In this document: piece after piece, positions 12,238 to 23,660 of the stretch
Layout: every line of letters begins with the position of its first letter
Position numbering within the stretch: the stretch's first letter is position 1
From: Diadema antillarum
Taxonomy: Eukaryota
DNA: 64,000 bases
Assembly (NCBI RefSeq): GCF_040938485.1
Contig: NW_027271369.1
Location: 1,674,001 to 1,738,000 of the forward strand
Direction: 5' to 3'
Notes under the pieces: generated by a model
What the model was told of the DNA's origin: nothing
The model's database searches: none
The model's input: the letters and a program-made list of their open reading frames with translations, nothing else
Position numbers and translations under genes: made by a program

Positions 12238-13921
12238 CTACTCAACAGGCCGTTGTTTAAGCATATCCTCGTAGTAAGGCATCGCTTTCTCAGCGAGCTC
12301 CCGCACATCTTCTGTTACCTCCTCCCAGGCCGGGACTGCTGCCGGTGGAGTGAAATGGGTGCTGTTTATGGACACGCCCAAGAAGGCTACATTCTTATAG
12401 ATGTTATCACCTGCCCATTTCCACGACTTGGCTACCTCAGGCGATCCTGACCATTGTAGGAGCGATTCTGAGTAGGGGAAACCCACGGCTTCACAGAACT
12501 CTCGAATTACCGTTGCGGGGTTGGTGAGAAGAGCAGACGAATCAATGACCAACGGTGACGGATTGACATGATCTCGTATGTAGGTCCAGAGATCGTGGTG
12601 CTGCTGGAAGACGGCATCGAGCGCCAGCTCCTTGGCATAGAGGCGGAAATCGAAGGAACTTTCATCAGTTTCGTTGAACTTTAGCCCACCGGATTTTCGG
12701 AGCTGTGCGAACCACCCCTTTCTCATAGACTTGTACACGAGCAGAGGATGCCGGATAAGGAAGGCGTGTTTGTATCCTTTTGGGATGAATTGTCTTCTCT
12801 GTTCGGTTGGCATAGCGATGCTTTCATCTTTGACGAAAACATATTTACTGGTTGATTCCTCCAAGTTCTTCTTGATTGTGGCAAACCTTCATCATGTAGG
12901 AAGACAGAAATAAAGCAATCATAAATCATTATATTACCCAAAATCATTACAGTACTGTCAAGCAAGTCTTTTCTACGAAAATAGTGGATTATTCATATTT
13001 CCTGTGGTATAGTAAATATTGTCAATTTTCAGGTTCACTGTTTATTGATGATATTCTTCACGTCGTGTTCGAGTCTTGCCGAGTACTGAAGTCCTTGGAC
13101 GAGATGTTTGTACCCATGATGTCCCCCTCAACCCCAAACCCCGGCCCACCATCACAGGTGTAAAAATTAACACGTGGAAATGCTGAAGTATAATACTGAC
13201 ATTTGCAGGGTCTCCTTGAAGACATCAGTCACAGAGGCTATAACCTTTGTGAATAAGACCACAGTGTATTTTTTGTCATTATCGGTTTGTTATTACTGTT
13301 GTTGCTATTTTTACAGCTATTACCACTACACTTCAATAATTTTGCGATTACTACAGCTGTTACTGTGATTACTTGAATAATAATCTACCACAATTAGAAA
13401 TTATCGAAAAACAAAAGAAGCGCACCATTTATATTATTGTTCAATCATAGCAATTTAGATGTAGATACAACTTGTACATAAAGTGTGAATTGTAACAACT
13501 ATAAAGATGTATAGTATGATGAGATGCAAATAAACCTGATTTTTAGGCCCAAAGTCAACAATTTATCGTAAATAAAAATTCCTCCTTTCCATGGGGACGA
13601 AGAGTCAAAGACGCTATAGTCAACTTACGGAAGTCTGTCTGGAAAGATGTTTGACTGTGGAAAATATTTCTCCATAGCCTCAGCAGCTGTCTGGAACATC
13701 TTCTCGTGGCCAGCATAGCTAAATTGTTCGTCTTTAATCCCAAGCTTCTCTAGTTCCGTCAAGGCAAACTGACAGAAGGCGAACGGTTCCATCCAAACCT
13801 CGCAGCCTGGAATCCCCGACATGCATTTCGTGAACGCCGTCGAGATCGATCTTGGTATCATCCAAAGAAACGCACGGCCTCCTCTTTCGCCGCCAGGGTT
13901 GTCATCCGGTACATGAGACAT
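12238..13921 (-). CDS. Sulfotransferase-fold protein, array copy 2; join(13921..13629, 12886..12238), 313 aa
   Basis: Same exon sizes (293+649), GTAAGT donor, GAAG|G acceptor, 742-nt intron, all motifs intact. Matches ORFs 13625..13987 and 12238..12864. Confidence 0.9.
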
Positions 13922-14097
13922 TGCGAGGTACTGTATGATTTGGAACGAAGATCTGAAATTGGTCTTCACTCTGTAGAGGTGCACCACCTACTGGGACTGC
14001 CTGTGATCGCGTCTGTTCACCGAATCATTTGCAAAGTGGCCTTTGATCATAATATTCAAACATGGGGCGTGGTCCTGATTCGTCGGGCCTGTGGGCC

Positions 14098-14935
14098 AAT
14101 TCACGCTTGTAACTACTGTCTCAAGGTGAAGCGATTGCAATGACTGAGGTCGTTGGATTCCTTTCTTTCTTCTTTCTGTTCTATTCTTTTATTTTACCTG
14201 CTTTTATCCCCCTCTCTTTTTTTACATTGAATAGCCACGCCCCTTGTGGTGCGGGCGGCTGTCGAGTGGTGTGGTGTGCGTGGAGATGTCCTGATGTCGC
14301 ATAGTTTATGTGCAGAGTTGGGGCGTTCTCGTGTGGACAGCGCGGTGTGGCCGTGTCTTTGCAACATCATTTGGACTTTGGAATTTGCCCATGAATGCTT
14401 AATTACTATGCATAGAATCTCTGGTTATGTATTTCAATACCCCCTATAAACGTCCTTTTTTTTTCAACGTAATACCGCACGGCGGCACTTCTGAATCATT
14501 CTATATATAATGCATCCATGTACTTTTGCATTGTGGTGGCGTGATGTTGATTCTTCAAGCCTCTTGAGTCTTGATATAGTAATTGTGGCACAATTCACGC
14601 TTGTAGGTGAACCGATTGTATTGACAGAGGTCGTTTGTATTCCTTTCTTTTCTTCTTTTGTTCTATTTCTTTCTTTTATCTTTCCTTGTTCTCCTTTCTT
14701 TTACATTACATAGCCACGTCCATTGTGGGGCGGGGGGGGGGGGCAGTCGCATGGTGTGGTGTCGTGTCCTGGGGCCCGTTGCATAAAAGCAACAATACTC
14801 AACAGGCAATCAAAATAAAAAATTCCATGGAAGTTACCATTGGATGGCCGCAAAGTTACTATAATTGTAACTTTTATGCAACATAGCCCCATGATGCCAC
14901 ATAGTTGACGCGCAGAGTTGAGGCGTGGCCGTGTG
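14098..14935. promoter_or_regulatory. CpG/GC-rich upstream module duplicated in tandem (~500-nt period), specific to copies 2, 4 and 5
   Basis: aattcacgcttgta...gaggtcgtt...atagccacg(c/t)cc...catagttga occurs twice upstream of copy 2 (14098, 14593), copy 4 (28288, 28817) and copy 5 (42013, 42878). Contains CCACGCCC (KLF/Sp-type) and TGGACTTTG (HNF4-type; 14372, 28559, 42698). Confidence 0.55.
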
Positions 14936-14959
14936 TTGTTCCGAAGGCGAGTTTAGCAA

Positions 14960-15700
14960 TTATTTTCGCCTCATTTCTCCCATTCATTACAAAGCAGACT
15001 AGACATATCATTCATTCCTTTACTCTAATACTGATGATATTTTTTTTTCACGTTGTTTACCACTTCGTGAAACTGGTATTGCAATATCTGATATTAGTTA
15101 TCAGTTCCCCATTTATTTAGAATATTTTGATTCTTTTGTCGATTCTCAATTACCTAATTTTTGGTCTATTCTCAATTACGTAATTTTCAAAGTTTAGATA
15201 CAGTTTTGTTTAAAGATGAATTAACATCTACGGATTGGAGTAATGTTTCCAATGAAGATGAAGTGAATGATTCTTGTAATATTTGTTTTAATTTGTTTGA
15301 TACTTAATATGATACTCAGTTATTTTGAAGAAAAAGAATGACTACAAAAAGTTCCTAGATAGGCATCCATGGTTAGATAAGGTTTTGTTGAAAAGTGTGA
15401 ATAAGAAAAATTAATTATTTTACAAGTATAAAAAGAATCCTAGAGATTTGAATAGATGGTCTTATGTAAAATGTAAGAATATTTTGTTAAATATTTTGGG
15501 CTTTAAAAAGAGAATATTTTATTGAGCAATTTGAATAATTGTTGTAAGAATATCATAGCAACATGGAGAGTGATAAATAATGTTTTTAATAAGGAGAATT
15601 CTCAGCTCATTAAGGAAAATAGGTGATGAAATTATAGCTGAGAAATCTTAGCCTTGATTTTTCGAAAGAAATAATATGAAAGTTAAAATACAAAAAATAG
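14960..15700 (+). mobile_element. Decayed CR1/L2-group LINE ORF2 fragment (end of the endonuclease plus linker)
   Basis: Frame-shifted peptides FLPFITKQTR..SFTL.L.FF (PxIxxPTRxTxxSxTLIDNIF-like), PWL.K..., YKN..., NI.ATW..INN. Homologous to 32560-34330 and 44590-45560. Confidence 0.7.
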
Positions 15701-16249
15701 GTCAGTTGTATCACAAAACAACCGTACATTTAAAAGTTTTTCAATAAAGCCTAACAAATAGGGAGATATCACTATTTTTTTTCAAAAAATCATAACTGCA
15801 GACATTTCAGTCAAGAAACTATTTCATTAAAACTATTGTTCACATTTTGTATAACTATTAAACAATACTTAACATTGATTACACTGATTAACATTTTTAC
15901 ATCGCATGTTTCTATCCCAAACTCGCATTTATAAAACCATTTTGAAGCACTAGGCTGGGATTTTGGATCATCTGCAAACGGGCGATAATGCCTTTAATCG
16001 ATTTCTGCACATATTATGAAGGCATACCACAATAAAGCATATCATTTTTTTTCAATACATGAACATGCGTGTCGTCATTCACTACCTGCATGTATCTTTA
16101 ATGTCAGTGGTCGAAATTTCAGGTAGACTTACTGTGATAGGCCCTTTGTTTAAAAATATTGATTCAGTGTTGCTATGATTCAAATAATTTTTAAAGGATG
16201 AAGACGAATTTGGCAAAGTCAAAATATATCTGTAGGCCTACCTTATTGA

Positions 16250-17780
16250 GAGGTTATGGGTAGATACTTTTGCAATTTGATTTTTTCCCTCCTGTTAGGA
16301 GTAGAAATGCCGCGAGTATTTTGGTGTCGTTGTTGATTTGTTGTTTTTTTTTCTCTCTGTTACTGGCAAGAAAAGTTTGTGTCCGGCTGGAGATCTCCCA
16401 ATAATGCTTAATCCAGTACCTTTCTTTCTGTGATGGGGTAACCACTCTCTATGTATTTTTGGTGTCATTTTCACAATTACGATACTTCTGGACTTTAATA
16501 GCTGGTCCTGCATGAGGATCTTTGAGCCCATCGAGAAATTCTGTGGGCTTCTGTCGATGTCTTCCCTATCTCCACACAAATAAAAACTTTTAATTCTTTA
16601 TAAAACACCTTAACCTTTTCATCGTGATCTTGAAAAAGACTTTGTACAACAATTCTGCGTCAAATAGCATGTTCCGAGAAACATCTAATATCGTCACATT
16701 TTACAAACTTTTCTCCACGTAATTACAACAGCATACTTCAATCACTTTTGTATTGGGCACCTATTTTGGAAGATGTTAGACTCTACAAAGTCCTTGAATG
16801 AGAGCATGTTGTCTCTATATTTCAATAGCGGTATATCTAAATGTATAGCATTTCTTTCCGTGTATCATTTGTCTTTGGCTGAAATCACACAGTCGTCGAC
16901 GGACAACGGAGGTATTTACAATAATTATTCTATACTCGCCACGGTGGCAACTGCATGGTTTTCAGCAATGCATCATTCTCAACCACACTGGCGTACCTTG
17001 CATGCTCAACTACCATACAATATGACACTTTAGAAGAGCCAGAAGTGCACAACATGTGCTGAGATTGTAGTTTATTGTCTCGATGCCCAGATGAAGTACG
17101 AGCATAAGAGAATATCTCCCGCTGGCGACTAGACTATACTCTATTTTGTCTTATCAACTATCCACTGCCACCTGGTTGGTCGTAATGAAAAATCCCATCT
17201 ATAATACATGTGCTTCTCCCTGCTCCCTGAGTTTAGCATGCTTCCAAAATCTTTCCATAAGTTTTTCACAGATTCGACATTTCCTATATCATATTTACTT
17301 TATATAGTTGTTAACATTTTTAGAGGGTAAACAGCAAAAACTTTTCACAAATTTCCAAAGACTCAACTTTTCTATTTTTTCATAGTATTATGATTTGCGA
17401 AGGGGAAGACAGGTTTTCTGCTGAATTATTACCTTTTTAACCGTATAGAACCAGAATAGCGGCTGCAGTATTTATACCCTAACAACTTATACAGTTAAAT
17501 ATTGCCCTTTTAAATGGCATTAATTCGATACCATCAATTTGTTGTAGATGTGTGACAGACGATTGATTCAATTGCCATGTCAAAAAGGATGGTGGAAAGA
17601 TTTTGTGAATATGACCTTTGGATCCCATCTTCAAGAAGAATAAATGTTACTTCATCTACTTTCTCTTTCTCAATTATGTAATCAACATATTGTCACAGGG
17701 TACGTGTATTACGCATGTTATTCTCAAGCTTGAAAGAGCTTTCAAGATAAGCTACGTTCAATCCACATGGAGCGATTTTT
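16250..17780 (-). pseudogene. Decayed protein-coding relic of unknown identity (most complete copy)
   Basis: Long near-open frames (APCGLNVAYL...QYVDYIIEKEKVDEVTFILLEDGIQRSYSQNLSTILFDMAIESIVCHT; LHLGIETINY; NVTILDVSRNMLFDAELLYK). Frames are kept in homologues at 450-1100, 8200-8610, 22790-23210 and 35140-36620. Confidence 0.45.
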
Positions 17781-17890
17781 TTTTGACGTCTAACATTTCT
17801 TTAGAGGGTAGCTGTTTTTCAACCCATCATTTCTTTTTTGTCTTTTCTTGCTGTGTCACAGTGCTTGCATACTCAAATCGTATCAGTCAT

Positions 17891-17930
<40 letters not shown>

Positions 17931-19276
17931 ACACACATCACTCAACATGCTCACGGCTATTGTCATGACATGAATAAGATTGTGCCTAACCACAGAATAT
18001 ATCTGTACGAATAAATACACGTATTCTCTGTCCATATTGTTTTAAAGTGTTTGATCATGATTAATGTTCAGTGTTTTCAATTTGGGCACGCGTTCTGATA
18101 TACTCTAGATTATGATCATATTTTGATTGTAATCATGTTGATGTACGTCCTATTTGTTTTGTCGGCACTCACCAGGTGAAAAACAGCCAGGTGCATAACT
18201 AGAATAAACTGAACTGAACTGAACTGATTTTTGAACAAGCCATCATAATATAGTACAGGAATGGATATTTTACCACACAATTTTATTGCATAGTTCACTC
18301 TTTGGTATTCATGGTGGTATATTGTATACTTAAGAGAACTTAGCAAGCCAGATTTAGTTTTAAGCATACAGGGTATAGGTATTCTTAATACATTAAGTTT
18401 ATCCTTATTTGTTGAAAATACTGAAGATTTAAGAGAAATTCAATTTTCAGTTACTTTTGAAGCTCAGTTTTAAAGAGATTAAATCCATTAAAAAAATGGA
18501 GCTTTCCTGTATTGCAGTTTGGAATTATGCTCGATAAAATACAGTCATGTGGCCAATATTTGTAAGTGGATCGATGCATTTTTTCTCCTTAATTAATTCC
18601 ATTTGTCAATCTAAGTTAAACGTTAGATTTTTCTAAGAATTGGAAAGGCAATAGAAAGGGCAATGATGAAACGTGACATTATATCAATCAAAACAGGACA
18701 ACTTACTTTAAGACAAAACACATATACAACGTACATTACTGTAGGGTTGCAAACTATACATGTGTAGAAAAAAAACTCATCAAAGTTACCAATCAGTCCC
18801 CCAGTTAAAAAAAAAAAAATCTTGAATTTGAGATCAGACGGTTCGTTGAACACAAGGGTATTATGGATGGTGATGATTAGACACTCGAAAGTTTCAATCA
18901 TTTTGGTCATTGCGTTGAAGGAAGATTAACTTGTTGGGCTGGAGTAACAAGCAGTGTATATAGGATATTTATAAGCAGTCTATCAGCATAGACCCAGAGC
19001 ATATTCCACATCGGTCTTGGTAAAAGAAACTAACTGTCCAACGTCGTCATTCCTAAAGTATATTTTATCTGATGTCGTTTGTATATTCATATGTTTCGCA
19101 TATTCATTACAGTAATGACATTATCATCCTCTGTTGCATGAAATAGTGGCTTGGGTGTGACCATGTACTGAGTATTACCTCATTTCATTTCATTTCATTT
19201 TTTTTTTTGGGGGGGGGGGGTAACATGGCATGCTTATTTGATTTATTTAAAAAAATGGCAAATACATTTTCATTGA

Positions 19277-20957
19277 CTACCCAATAAGTCGATGTTGAAA
19301 CATGTCCTCGTAGTACGGCATCGCTTTCTCAGCGAGCTCCCGCACATCGTCTGTTACCTCCTCCCAGGGCGGAACCGCTGCTGGTGGAGTGAAATGGGTG
19401 CTGTATATGGCAACGCCCAAGAAGGCTTCATTCTTATATGCGTTTTCACATGGCCACTTCCACGACTTGCCTACTTCAGGCGATCCGGACCATTGTAGGA
19501 GCGACTCTGAGTAGGGGAAACCCACGGCTTCACAGAACTCTTGAAGTACCGGTGCGGGGTTGGTGAGAAGAGCAGACGAATCGATGACCAACGGTGACGG
19601 GTTGATATGATCTCGTATGTAGGTCCAGAGCTCGTGATGCTTCTGGAAGACAATATCGACGCCATCCTCCTTGGCATAGGGGCGGAGGTCGAAGGAACTT
19701 TCATCGGTTTCGTTGAACTTCAGCTTATCAGCTTCTAGGAGCTGTACGAACCACCCCTTTCTCATTGACTTGTACACGAGTAGAGGATGTCGGATAAGGA
19801 AGGCATGTTGGTATCCTTTGGGGATGAATTGTCGTCTCTGATCGGTTGATATGGCATAGCTTTCATCCTTAACGAACACATATTTACTGGTTGATTCCTC
19901 CAACTCTTTCTTGATAGTTGCAAACCTTTATTATTTAGAAAGATACGGATGAAACAATTACAAATGTTGATTTTACAGATTAATTATCATCATTACTGTC
20001 CATGATGTTTTTGTTCATATTTCATTTTGAATTCCTAGTCTTTTCCCTGTCGCATAGTAAGTATCGTCGATTTTTCTTAAACCCGGATGCTAGATTTAAA
20101 CGTGACCTCATATCATACCTACTCCTTTAAAAGCCCATTAATTGGCGGCACTGTATAGTAAAGTTGATAATGCTTACGACGTTCATACGTGTTTGAGTTC
20201 TGCCGAGTGCTATAACCACCGAGGACGAGATTGTTTTTACCCATGACAATGCTCTCGACAGATCAGATGTAAAAATAATTACCTATAAATTCTTGCGCAA
20301 AAATAATAGTGGGGCCCTCTGGAGGACACTGAAAAGGCTACCCTTTGTAAATGAGACGAAAGTATGTTTGTTTTCTGAAGTACATTGTCATCATTGTTAC
20401 GATCATCACTACTACTAGTACTACGATAGAATTAGCCTAAGATTAAAGACTGTATATAACCTGCATTACATTCAATTCAGAACCAAAATCATGGGCATCA
20501 AACCTTGAGATATTTGTTGTATTTTGTGACAAAGTTACAGAGGCATATAATTAGGTCCTACATAAAAATAAACTGATTTTTAAGTCCGAAAGTAACCATG
20601 TGTCATATCAATGAAAATCCCTTGTTAACATATCAGAAGACTCAAAAGAGCTTAGTAAACTTACGGTAGTCTATCTGGAAAGAATGTGGTCCCGGGCAAA
20701 TAGCCCTCTACTGCCTCGGCTGCTACCTTGAACTCTTCCTCGTGGCCAACGTAGCTCATGGGACCGTCTGTGATCCCAAGCTTCTTCAATTGCGTCAAGG
20801 CAAACTGGCTGAGTCCGAAAGGTTCCATCCACACCTCGCAGTCTGGAATCCCCGACATGCATTTCGCGAACGCCGTCGAGATTGATCTTGGTATCATCCA
20901 CAGAATCGCCCGGCCTTCACTTTTTCCGCCAGGGTTTTCTTGCGGTATATGAGACAT
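19277..20957 (-). CDS. Sulfotransferase-fold protein, array copy 3; join(20957..20665, 19925..19277), 313 aa
   Basis: Same exon sizes, 739-nt intron with GTAAGT donor and AAAG|G acceptor, all motifs intact. Confidence 0.9.
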
Positions 20958-22557
20958 TGCGAGGTTGGTGAGGAAAACAAAAATATCTCTTCACAATGCA
21001 GAATTATAACAGCAAAGTGGGACGACTCCGTATGTAATCGAATCGATCTGTTCACCGAGTTGCTTGTCAAGCGGCCTTTGAACATCTAGGAGATTCGGCC
21101 TTTGATGTTTGTTTCCCCACGAAACCATTATAATCTGTAAGTATGTGAGAGATAAACACAGGTTTCGCCATATAAATACTAATATGATATAAAACATACG
21201 CGTATATGTGTGTGTGTGTGTGTGCGCGCGCGCGCATGTATCTTGTCATGGCCCAATATCTGCTTTTATAATCGTACTAACTTTGAAACGAACATCACTA
21301 ACACTATGTTCTTTATAGATTCAGTGTCAACTGGTAGGCCTACTCCTAGGAATTTTGCTACAGCCGATTGTTGGCATTTAGAATGACTATATCTGCAACA
21401 TCTTCCTAAAATACGTTATTTTTCTAGCCTCAATCTGATTCTTGCCAGTTTTGTGTCCATTCTGTTTCAAGATCACACAAGAATCAGATGACCGCCACGA
21501 TTACGGGTCATTCGTGCACACTGGGCTTTATTGCGTCAGAAATCATGTGACCCCATCACTCATGAATTTATGCATATGAATATTCATACAAGTCAACAAT
21601 GTAGCACAAATTGTTACATCCTCTCCTTTTTGAAGAATAAACCTGTGCATTTAGTGTTGCAATTGGAAAGGATACAATGCTTTCTGTTCTACAAGCCTAG
21701 TTCAGAAAAACAAAACAAAACAAACTTGTTATATCCAAATGTATGGCGTGCTATTTCTTGTATCACTCCAATCTAAAAATGTAGCTGACCCTATTTTACT
21801 ATCAGAAACTTCTAAAAGAATATACTTTAAATCGTGAAACTTGTAAATATTCAAAACTAAACACATTCATGCCACTTTGACAGGCAACGTATTCGTCAAT
21901 AACAATCGTTCATCCTCAAAAACCGATATTAGAGAATATGCCTATTTACCAAAAACGCATTTAGGCCTCTCTATAATGTCAACATCAAAACCTGTACGTG
22001 TAACAATATCTGGGCTCCAGAAAATGTACCTGTCGGGACAAAATCATATCCTAGTCATGCATGTGTGCATGTGTGAATAATGTACATTTATACGGTAAAC
22101 AGCATTCATAATCTATGAATAATTGACATGTACACTGTACATACATACGGTAAATAGCATTCATATTCATAGGCCAATCATAGCCCCTGATGTCAAATCA
22201 TCAAGATGTGATCTAGCAATGACAATGTTCTCATAGCTGTTGATCAGTCTCTATCCATAAAATAAGTTCAAATAGGCCAGTAGCCTAGTTGTAAAAACAA
22301 CTTTCATTCTTTTCTTCTTCTTTTTTGTCACATGATACTGTCTGATGATCTCGCACGTCTTTTACGTCACTTGTGAAAGTCCAATGGAGATTCTTCTAGA
22401 TAAGTGATTCTCCCTAATGAACTCAGCTTTTAATTACGTCCTCGTGCTTGGGGGATGTGTTAGCTATTGTCTGTGTAGCTTAGGCCGTAGTGACTAGACC
22501 CCTTCTGTAGTTAGAACTTCATTCCAGATCCCACCGCCCTGTTGAGTGGAAGTGCCA

Positions 22558-22630
22558 TTATTATTATTGTTATTATCATTATCATTATCATTGTTATTAT
22601 CATTATCATTATCATCATCGTTATTACTTA
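22558..22630. repeat. (ATT/ATC)n microsatellite, probably a retroposon tail
   Basis: Direct reading. Other microsatellites: (CA)n 1428-1468, 9950-9995, 17890-17935; (GT)n 23200-23238, 37127-37158; (TA)n 25090-25155, 49508-49556, 53305-53342, 55975-56020; (CT)n 53720-53815. Confidence 0.85.
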
Positions 22631-23195
22631 GTACTCACCTCTTCAAGCTAGTATGATATCAAAATGACACAATACTTCGGTGTGTGTGTTTGTGTGTATG
22701 TGTGTTTTTGCACGGAAAGGTCAAATTGGCTATTTACATCACTCAAAATTATAAACATCTATAGCCATAGACATGACGATTTTTATAAATGTTGTATGAC
22801 GGGAGAATGGAATGCTATCACTGTTAGATTATGAAGATTTCTAACTCTATGAATATCATGAATAACAGTATGTTGCCTCCGTACTTCAGTAATGGTATAC
22901 ATTCATGTAAGTGCAACATTTCTTTCCATGTATCGTACACTTTGGCTCAAATCATACAGTCGTCGCCTGAAGTATTTACAATATTTCACATTCTTTGCCA
23001 GTCCTGTTAGAATACTAAATAAGCTTTTTGAAGGAGATTAGTTGAAATATTGGCAATTTGACCTTTGGCTAATTCTATCTTCAAAAAGACTAACTTTTAT
23101 CCTTCCATATGAGTACTCATATGCATTTTATTCTCCTGCAAACGAACAAGCCTCAGACATTATGTTACGTTCAATCCACATGCCACAGGCAGTGG

Positions 23196-23240
<45 letters not shown>

Positions 23241-23267
23241 CGACCATGTCTTAAGAGGATGTCTGTT

Positions 23268-23660
23268 TTAAAGGGATAGTATACAGTTTTGGTTGAGACA
23301 TAACTTCAGGTTTCTAACATTTTTGATGAGATGATGAGAAACCTGTTATGAAATATGAAAGAGCATGTAATTTTAAGAGGCATTTAGTGTCTATTTGATG
23401 AAAATTGGTTCTGAAATGGCTGATATCTCCAAAAATAATGATCTGATATAAGGTGGGACCCACCTTTTATTACGATCGCTTTGTTTTACTTTGTGTTTGG
23501 GTATCTCAGCCATTCCAAAACTGATTTTCATCAAATAAACTATGAATTACTCTTAGAATGACCAGTATCCTCTGTACCATTTCATATGTGGTCTCTTGGT
23601 ATCTCGCAAAAAGTTAAAAGTCCAATTCTCATCTCCACGAATACTATACTATCCCTTTAA
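23268..23660. mobile_element. TTAA-TSD MITE
   Basis: TTAA at 23268-23271 and 23657-23660; agggatagtatacagttttggttgaga / tactatactatccct ends. Confidence 0.8.

Noticed and set aside
16254-16445. KERYWIKHY resembling a GIY-YIG/Penelope endonuclease C-terminus
   Set aside because: No GIY/YIG motifs upstream and no GLN motif downstream. Folded into the unresolved relic instead.
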